Source of the DNA: an uncultured Syntrophales bacterium
GTDB taxonomy: Bacteria; Desulfobacterota; Syntrophia; Syntrophales; JAAYKM01
DNA: 32,000 nucleotides
Direction: 5' to 3'
Assembly (NCBI GenBank): GCA_964541005.1
Contig: CAZIPU010000001.1
Location: forward strand, 4,493 to 36,492
Made by a program: the position numbers and the translations under genes. The notes beneath the pieces were generated by a model. The model worked only from the letters and a program-made list of their open reading frames with translations, did not search any database and was not told where the DNA came from. Of the stretch, positions 26,343-32,000 are shown piece after piece (the stretch's first letter is position 1; every line of letters begins with the position of its first letter).

Positions 26343-26924
26343 ATGATCCCCTTTGTCGTCACCATGGCCGGGGCCTACCTGGCGGGCTCCGTAAACTTTG
26401 CCATTATACTGTTCGCCTCCCTGGGGAAAGAGGACCCCAGGTCCCGCTTCAGCGGTAACGCCGGAGTGACCAACGTCCGGCGCCAGGCGGGGCTCGCCTG
26501 GGCTGTCCTGGTCCTTTTGCTCGATTTGATCCGGGCGCTGGGCGTTTCCTTTATCGCCCTCTATTTCCTGCCGAAAGAGATGGTGCCCTGGGTGGGCCTG
26601 GCCCTGGTGCTCGGCAACCGCTTTCCCTGCTTCCACGGTTTCCGGGGGGGGAAGGGAGTGGCCGCGTATCTCGGTTTTACCATCCCCGTCGCCCCTTATG
26701 CGGCAGTCCTGTCCGCCCTTGTCTGGGTGGGCATTTACGGAATCGCCCGCAGGCCCTTTATTGCCTCCTTCGGTATGGTCGCCGTCCTTGCAGCAGGCAC
26801 GGCCACTGTTTTCGGATATGATGCAACGGCAGCAACGGGCACCGTGGCGACGGCGCTTTTGATTTATTTCAACCACCGGGAGAACATGAAGGAACTTTTT
26901 GGGAAAAAATCAGGAAGGACCTGA
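26343..26924 (+). CDS. plsY: Glycerol-3-phosphate acyltransferase PlsY
   Basis: 193 aa hydrophobic protein: AGAYLAGSVNFAIILF...DPRSRFSGNAGVTNVRRQAG...LVLGNRFPCFHGFRGGKGVAAYLGFTI...YFNHRENMKELF. Confidence 0.88.
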   Translation: MIPFVVTMAGAYLAGSVNFAIILFASLGKEDPRSRFSGNAGVTNVRRQAGLAWAVLVLLLDLIRALGVSFIALYFLPKEMVPWVGLALVLGNRFPCFHGFRGGKGVAAYLGFTIPVAPYAAVLSALVWVGIYGIARRPFIASFGMVAVLAAGTATVFGYDATAATGTVATALLIYFNHRENMKELFGKKSGRT

Positions 26925-27069
26925 ATATTTCCCGGGAATGAACCCGTTAGCGACAAACACGGACTTTGTGTCAAATCAAAACGGTTATGCTTTACACAAA
27001 CTCTCCCGTCTTAATCATCTCTTGAATCCGATCTGCACACAGGACTCATTTCACCTGCCAATTTTCTTT

Positions 27070-27098
27070 TTGACATGCAGGACGGCCCTTGCTATATC
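27070..27098 (+). promoter_or_regulatory. Sigma70-type promoter for the DarA/DarB-like operon
   Basis: TTGACA-TGCAGGACGGCCCTTGC(17)-TATATC, about 80 bp upstream of the start at 27178. Confidence 0.5.
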
Positions 27099-27177
27099 CT
27101 TCGCGCTTGAAGACAGTGCAACGGTCGAAAACGATTCTCATCTGCAGAAAATTTAAGGGAAGGATAGATCATCACCT

Positions 27178-28056
27178 TTGGAAAAGAATATCCTGGTCAT
27201 CTATTACAGCCAGACGGGACAACTGAAGCAGATTGTGGATTCTCTGCTTTCGCCCCTTGCCGCCAATTCCATGTTTTCCATCGATTACCTGGAAATCCGG
27301 CCGGCGGTGGCCTACCCTTTTCCCTGGATCCGGAACGCTTTTCTGGATGTTTTTCCCGAATCCGTTCTGGAAGCGCCGATCGGCTTGAAGCCGGTCGAGG
27401 CTAAATATCGCGGCGCGTACGATTTGATCATCCTGGCCTTTCAGCCCTGGTACCTGTCGCCGTCTCTGCCCATATCGGCATTTCTGAAAAGTCCGGAAGC
27501 GGCCGGGATTCTGAAAGGACAACGGATCGTAACCGTCATCGGGGCGCGAAACATGTGGATTAAGTCCCTTGAATGCGTCAAGGAAAGGATAGAATTCCTC
27601 GGGGGAACCCTCGCCGGCAACATCGCCTTGACGGACCGGGCACTTAATCTGGTCAGCGTCGTAACGATTGTTTACTGGATGTTCCGGGGAAAGAAGGACC
27701 GCTGCCTGGGTGTCTTTCCGAAACCGGGGGTATCCGATGCGGATATCCATGCCGCCGCCCGCTTCGGGAAGGTTTTAGAAAAAGCCCTGATCAATGACCG
27801 GACGGATCGGGTCGGGGAAGAATTGGCCAAGCTCGGCGCGGCGGAGATAAATGATTCGTTGGCGAGACTGGAGAATCGTGCTAAGAGGATCTTTAAAATG
27901 TGGGCGAATTTGATCACAAAGCATTCTAAGATCAGGCGGTTATTGCTGAATCTTTTTTTTATCGAGCTGATTTTGGGCCTTGTCATCTTGTCCCCCTTAT
28001 ATTCTCTTTTCGGTATCATACTAAAACCTTTCAGGATAAAAACGGCACGGGCATAG
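27178..28056 (+). CDS. Flavodoxin-fold protein resembling DarA-type proteins of dialkylresorcinol clusters
   Basis: TTG start. NILVIYYSQTGQLKQIVDSLLSPL (flavodoxin P-loop-like)...YDLIILAFQPWYLSPSLPISAFLKSPEAAGILKGQRIVTVIGARNMWIKSLECVKERIEFLGG; C-terminal hydrophobic segment. Confidence 0.7.
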   Translation: MEKNILVIYYSQTGQLKQIVDSLLSPLAANSMFSIDYLEIRPAVAYPFPWIRNAFLDVFPESVLEAPIGLKPVEAKYRGAYDLIILAFQPWYLSPSLPISAFLKSPEAAGILKGQRIVTVIGARNMWIKSLECVKERIEFLGGTLAGNIALTDRALNLVSVVTIVYWMFRGKKDRCLGVFPKPGVSDADIHAAARFGKVLEKALINDRTDRVGEELAKLGAAEINDSLARLENRAKRIFKMWANLITKHSKIRRLLLNLFFIELILGLVILSPLYSLFGIILKPFRIKTARA

Positions 28057-29199
28057 ATGGAGAATCAGGTCTATATTACGAAATTAGCGAAGTTCTTACC
28101 GAACGAACCGGTTTCCAATGAGGGGATGGAGGACATCCTGGGCAGGATAAACGGCCGGCCATCCAAAATCCGAACCCTCGTTTTGAAAAGCAACGGCATC
28201 CGAACCCGTTACTACGCCATCGATGACCGGGGGCGTTTCACCCACACCAATGCGGAACTGACGGCCAATGCCATCCGTTCCCTGATGGATTCGTCTCTGA
28301 AGATCTCAGATGTGGAACTTCTGTGCTGCGGCACCTCCATTCCCGACCAGATTCTACCCTCCCATGCAGCCATGGTTCAGGGCTGCCTCGGTGCACCGCC
28401 GTTCGAAATCGTTTCCACGGCCGGCGCCTGCTGTTGCGGGATTCATGCCCTCAAGTACGGCATGCTTTCGATCATGGGCGGCAATTCTTCCAACGCGGTC
28501 TGCGCCGCATCCGAACTGGTTTCGCCGTTGCTGATGTCCCGCCATTACGAGAATGAACTGGCCGGCCTCCAGCGGTTGAAACGGCGGCCCATCATCGCAT
28601 TTGAAAAGGATTTCCTGCGGTGGATGCTCTCCGATGGCGCCGGCGCCGTCCTGCTGGAGAATAAACCGAACCGCCGGGATGGCCTGTCTTTAAGGATCGA
28701 TTCGATCGATACCTGTTCCTTCGCCGGAGAAGTCGCCGCCTGCATGTACGCCGGAAGCAGCCGGAACGGAGGAGGGGAACTGGTCAGCTGGAAAAATCAT
28801 TCCCCCGAGGAATGGCTGGAGAATTCCACCTTTGCCATCAAGCAGGATGTCAAGCTGCTGGATAAACACATCGTCAAGCTCGGCACGAGGAAGCTGGCCG
28901 AAACCCTGAAAAAACGGGGCGTCAGTTCCGGAGACATCTCTTTCCTGCTGCCCCATATTTCATCCGAGCATTTCCGCAAACCCCTGGACCGCGAAATGAA
29001 TGAACAGGGGATTCCGATTCCCCAGGAGCGGTGGTTCACCAATCTTGCCACGGTGGGCAACATCGGCAGCGCCTCGATCTACCTGATGATGGAGGAACTG
29101 TTCCACTCCGGCAAACTCGACCGGGACATGAAGATTCTGGCCCTCGTGCCGGAAAGTTCCCGGTTCAGTTACGCCTTCATGCTGATGACGGTCTGCTGA
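28057..29199 (+). CDS. KAS III-like condensing enzyme (DarB-like)
   Basis: VSTAGACCCGIHALKYGMLSIMGGNSSNAV, ISFLLPHISSEHFRKPLDREM, FTNLATVGNIGSASIYLMMEELF; directly abuts the DarA-like gene. Confidence 0.82.
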   Translation: MENQVYITKLAKFLPNEPVSNEGMEDILGRINGRPSKIRTLVLKSNGIRTRYYAIDDRGRFTHTNAELTANAIRSLMDSSLKISDVELLCCGTSIPDQILPSHAAMVQGCLGAPPFEIVSTAGACCCGIHALKYGMLSIMGGNSSNAVCAASELVSPLLMSRHYENELAGLQRLKRRPIIAFEKDFLRWMLSDGAGAVLLENKPNRRDGLSLRIDSIDTCSFAGEVAACMYAGSSRNGGGELVSWKNHSPEEWLENSTFAIKQDVKLLDKHIVKLGTRKLAETLKKRGVSSGDISFLLPHISSEHFRKPLDREMNEQGIPIPQERWFTNLATVGNIGSASIYLMMEELFHSGKLDRDMKILALVPESSRFSYAFMLMTVC

Positions 29200-29200
29200 G

Positions 29201-29629
29201 ATGAAACGGGAACAGGTACCCCAGGACGACGACCGCCTCATGGAGGGGCGCACCCGCGACCTCTGCTATGCCGTTGACGAAAACGGCGAGTATGTCCAGG
29301 TGTTGAGCACGGGGTGGGAGCCCAAGAATGCCGCTCTCATGCAGGCATGGGAAGAGATCGGCGAGCAGGCGAAGGCAATTTATTCCCAGGTGCAGGCCGG
29401 ACAAGTCAGTCCGATCGCCTTTTTTATGGCCCAGTGCATGTTCGATATCAAGCTCCTGTCGGATTACACGGGTTTGCCGAAAAGAAAGGTCAAGGCGCAT
29501 CTGGAACCCGAGCAGTTCAGGCGACTCGACGCAGAGACCCTGAAAAGCTATGCCGAGGCGTTCAACATCACGGTCGAAGACCTGGTGAACTGCACCAATA
29601 CGGCCGATCCTTTTTCCGAGGAGAAATAA
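29201..29629 (+). CDS. Hypothetical protein with C-terminal XRE-like HTH pattern
   Basis: 142 aa; LLSDYTGLPKRKVKAHLEPEQFRRLDAETLKSYAEAFNITVEDLVNC resembles the HTH_3 helical pattern. Confidence 0.6.
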   Translation: MKREQVPQDDDRLMEGRTRDLCYAVDENGEYVQVLSTGWEPKNAALMQAWEEIGEQAKAIYSQVQAGQVSPIAFFMAQCMFDIKLLSDYTGLPKRKVKAHLEPEQFRRLDAETLKSYAEAFNITVEDLVNCTNTADPFSEEK

Positions 29630-29648
29630 CCCTTCCCGATGGTAATCC

Positions 29649-30650
29649 ATGATCGTTGATTTCAAACACAGGCAGGCCGCACACTGTGAAAACGGGGTAA
29701 CGTCGAATATATTCAGGTATTACGGTGTCGATCTATCCGAGGCCATGGCATTCGGAATCGGCTCGGGCCTCTTTTTCATTTACATGCCCTTTCTCAAGTA
29801 CAACGGGATTCCCGTCAGCTCGTTTCGACCCCTGCCCGGCATGATTTTCAAGCGGGCCACGCGCCTCCTCGGCATCAGGATTTACCGGAAGGCGTTCCGG
29901 GACAAGACGGCGTCCATGAAGGCTCTCGACGAGGCCCTCGACCGCCACATCCCGGTGGGGCTTCAGGTCGGCGTTTTTCACCTGGCCTACTTTCCCCGGC
30001 CCTACCGTTTCCATTTCAACGCCCACAATCTTGTGGTTCTGGGCAGGGAAAACGGCCGTTACGTTATCAGCGATCCCGTCATGGAAAGCCTGGAGTCTTT
30101 GAGCTATGACGAGTTGTTGCGGGTCCGCTGGGCCCGGGGCCTTTTCCAGCCGAAGGGGAAAATGTACTACCCTGTGAAGATCCCCGGGAAGATCGATCTG
30201 GCATCCGCCATTGTCAAGGGCATCCGGAAGAATTGCCGGGAAATGCTGAGCATTCCCATCCCATTTCTGGGTGTCCGGGGAATCCGCTACCTGGCCCGGG
30301 ACATCCGGCGGTGGCCGGCGAAACTGGGCGATAAAAAGGCCGCCCTGCACCTGGGGCAGTTCATCCGGATGCAGGAGGAAATCGGGACCGGCGGCGCCGG
30401 ATTCCGGTTCATTTATGCCGCCTTCCTCCAGGAGGCATCGAAAATATTGAACAAACCCCGGCTCCAGGAGCTGTCGGAGAACATGACCGACTGCGGCGAC
30501 CGATGGCGGGAATTTGCCGTCATGGCGGCCCGGATCATCAAGAACCGCAGCGGCGAGGGAGAGTCCTACGAGGCCATGTCCGCCATTCTTCTGGAAATCG
30601 CGGACCGGGAACAGGCCATCTTTAAGGAATTAAGGAAAGCCGTTACATGA
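29649..30650 (+). CDS. BtrH N-terminal domain-like (C39-peptidase-fold) protein
   Basis: HCENGVTSNIFRYYGVDLSEAMAFGIGSGLFFIYMPFLKYNGIP...SMKALDEALDRHIPVGLQVGVFHLAYFPRPYRFHFNAHNLVVLGRENGRYVISDPVMES. Confidence 0.72.
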   Translation: MIVDFKHRQAAHCENGVTSNIFRYYGVDLSEAMAFGIGSGLFFIYMPFLKYNGIPVSSFRPLPGMIFKRATRLLGIRIYRKAFRDKTASMKALDEALDRHIPVGLQVGVFHLAYFPRPYRFHFNAHNLVVLGRENGRYVISDPVMESLESLSYDELLRVRWARGLFQPKGKMYYPVKIPGKIDLASAIVKGIRKNCREMLSIPIPFLGVRGIRYLARDIRRWPAKLGDKKAALHLGQFIRMQEEIGTGGAGFRFIYAAFLQEASKILNKPRLQELSENMTDCGDRWREFAVMAARIIKNRSGEGESYEAMSAILLEIADREQAIFKELRKAVT

Positions 30651-31399
30651 CAACACCGCCCGTCATAGAGGTTTCCGGACTGAGGAAGGTTTATAAAGGG
30701 TCGGCCAAGCCCGCCGTCGATGACCTCTCTTTCGCCGTTTCCGAAGGGGATATTTTCGGGCTTCTGGGTCCGAACGGTGCGGGAAAGTCAACGACCCTCA
30801 TGACGCTTTGCGGGCTCTTAGGCATCGATGGGGGACGTATCCGGGTTTTCGGCCTCGACGCCCGTCTGAAAGGGTCTGAAATCCGCAGCCGCGTCGGCGT
30901 GGCCACCCAGGAAATCGCCCTGTTCCCTTCCCTGACGGCCCGCGAGAACCTCCTCTATTTCGGCCGGATGTACGGGCTCGAAGGATCGGAAATCCGGGAG
31001 CGGATGCAGAATCTCCTGGCGGGGTTCGGCCTGTCGGACAATGCGGACAGGCGGGTTGCTCATTTTTCGGGCGGGATGAAAAGGCGCCTCAACCTCATCG
31101 CGGCCCTGCTCAACCGGCCGCGGCTGCTCTTTCTCGATGAACCGACGTCGGGGGTGGACGTGCAGTCCCGCAACATGATTTTAGCCTACATGCGCCGGAT
31201 GAAAACAAAGGGGGTAACGATTGTCTATTCATCCCATCTCCTGGAAGAGGCGGAGAAAATCTGCGACCGGTTCGCCATTATCGACGAAGGCCGGCTGGTG
31301 GCTGCAGGAACCCTGGAAGAGATGCTCGGACAAAACGGGGGCTGTGATAACCTGGAACAGTTGTTTCTCCACCTGACCGGCAGAGGAATCCGCGATTGA
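30647..31399 (+). CDS. ABC transporter ATP-binding protein (ABC-2 type)
   Basis: GLLGPNGAGKSTTLMTLCGLLGIDGG (Walker A), HFSGGMKRRLNLIAALLNRPRLLFLDEPTSGVDVQSR (signature and Walker B). Confidence 0.96.
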   Translation: MTTPPVIEVSGLRKVYKGSAKPAVDDLSFAVSEGDIFGLLGPNGAGKSTTLMTLCGLLGIDGGRIRVFGLDARLKGSEIRSRVGVATQEIALFPSLTARENLLYFGRMYGLEGSEIRERMQNLLAGFGLSDNADRRVAHFSGGMKRRLNLIAALLNRPRLLFLDEPTSGVDVQSRNMILAYMRRMKTKGVTIVYSSHLLEEAEKICDRFAIIDEGRLVAAGTLEEMLGQNGGCDNLEQLFLHLTGRGIRD

Positions 31400-32000
31400 A
31401 GATTCTGGCAACCATGAAAAAAGAACTCCTGCTGCTCATCCGCGATCCGGGCGGCATGGCACTTCTGTTTCTCATGCCCCTGGCCCTGGTGGTCGTGATG
31501 GCCCTTGTCCAGGACAACACCTTCCGTGAGTTCCAGGAGACGAGGCTGGACGTTCTTTTCCTCGATCAGGACAGGGGCGAGCTGGGTTCAAGTATTGAGG
31601 AGGCCCTCCAGTCCGGGGGCAACATCCGCCTCATCACAAAAGAGGCCGGGAAGGACCTCACGGTGGATCAGGCCGGAAGCCTGGTGCGAAAAGGCCGCTA
31701 CAAGGCGGCGGTGATCATTCCGGCCGGGGCCGGGGAAGCCCTGCGGAAGAAAACGAAACAAACCGCGCAGGCGTTTCTGGCCTCCTATGGTTTCGCCGAC
31801 GGCGAGCAGGATGGGAAGGAGTCGCCAAGAGTGGAATTACAGATCCTCTTCGATCCCGTCATCAAGGCCAACTACCGCCAGAGCCTGGCGGGAGGGCTGG
31901 AGAGAATCCTGACAGGTCTCCAGGCGGACTGGTTCATGGCGGAAATACAGTCGCGGTTCGGCGGGATAACCAAGTTGGAAGGAAAGAAAATCGACCTGGG
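31396..32000 (+). CDS. ABC-2 type transporter permease (3' end truncated by window edge)
   Basis: Manual translation from TTG at 31396: MKILATMKKELLLLIRDPGGMALLFLMPLALVVVMALVQDNTFREFQETRLDVLFLDQDRGELGSSIEEAL...; overlaps the ATPase stop and stays open to the edge. Confidence 0.85.
   Translation, partial: MKILATMKKELLLLIRDPGGMALLFLMPLALVVVMALVQDNTFREFQETRLDVLFLDQDRGELGSSIEEALQSGGNIRLITKEAGKDLTVDQAGSLVRKGRYKAAVIIPAGAGEALRKKTKQTAQAFLASYGFADGEQDGKESPRVELQILFDPVIKANYRQSLAGGLERILTGLQADWFMAEIQSRFGGITKLEGKKIDL

Noticed and set aside
1-32000. CRISPR arrays, tRNA/rRNA genes, transposases, phage genes
   Set aside because: No regular direct repeats, tRNA-like T-loop (GGTTCGAATCC) sequences or transposase/integrase motifs were seen on reading.

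Overview
Protein-coding window, apart from three regulatory intergenic regions. It is dominated by a long plus-strand locus (about 2.7-27 kb) with the content of a dedicated fatty-acid/polyketide-type biosynthetic cluster. Its parts are: a KAS III and four separate acyl carrier proteins; a family 2 glycosyltransferase; an MMPL exporter fused to a methyltransferase; an LpxL-like acyltransferase; a KAS-CLF fusion; a CrtI-like desaturase/isomerase; a B12-binding radical SAM protein plus two paralogous SPASM-like radical SAM proteins; a polysaccharide deacetylase; a hotdog dehydratase; three further KAS II-like enzymes; a hotdog thioesterase; PlsC and PlsY acyltransferases; and a PKS-dehydratase/phosphopantetheinyl transferase fusion. 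The mix looks like a hybrid of aryl-polyene-type machinery and the KAS/ACP/CrtI/radical-SAM sets proposed (unproven) for ladderane lipids. A second unit (27.2 kb to the edge) carries a DarA-like flavodoxin-fold protein, a DarB-like KAS III, a small HTH-like protein, a BtrH-N-like protein and an ABC exporter. On the left, on the minus strand, are a GNAT/BKACE fusion and an edge-truncated B12-binding radical SAM protein that the supplied ORF track does not list. Near-consensus promoters (perfect TTGACA, 17-bp spacer) precede three transcription units. I saw no tRNA, rRNA, CRISPR array or mobile element. All family calls come from reading motifs by eye; no database search was run.
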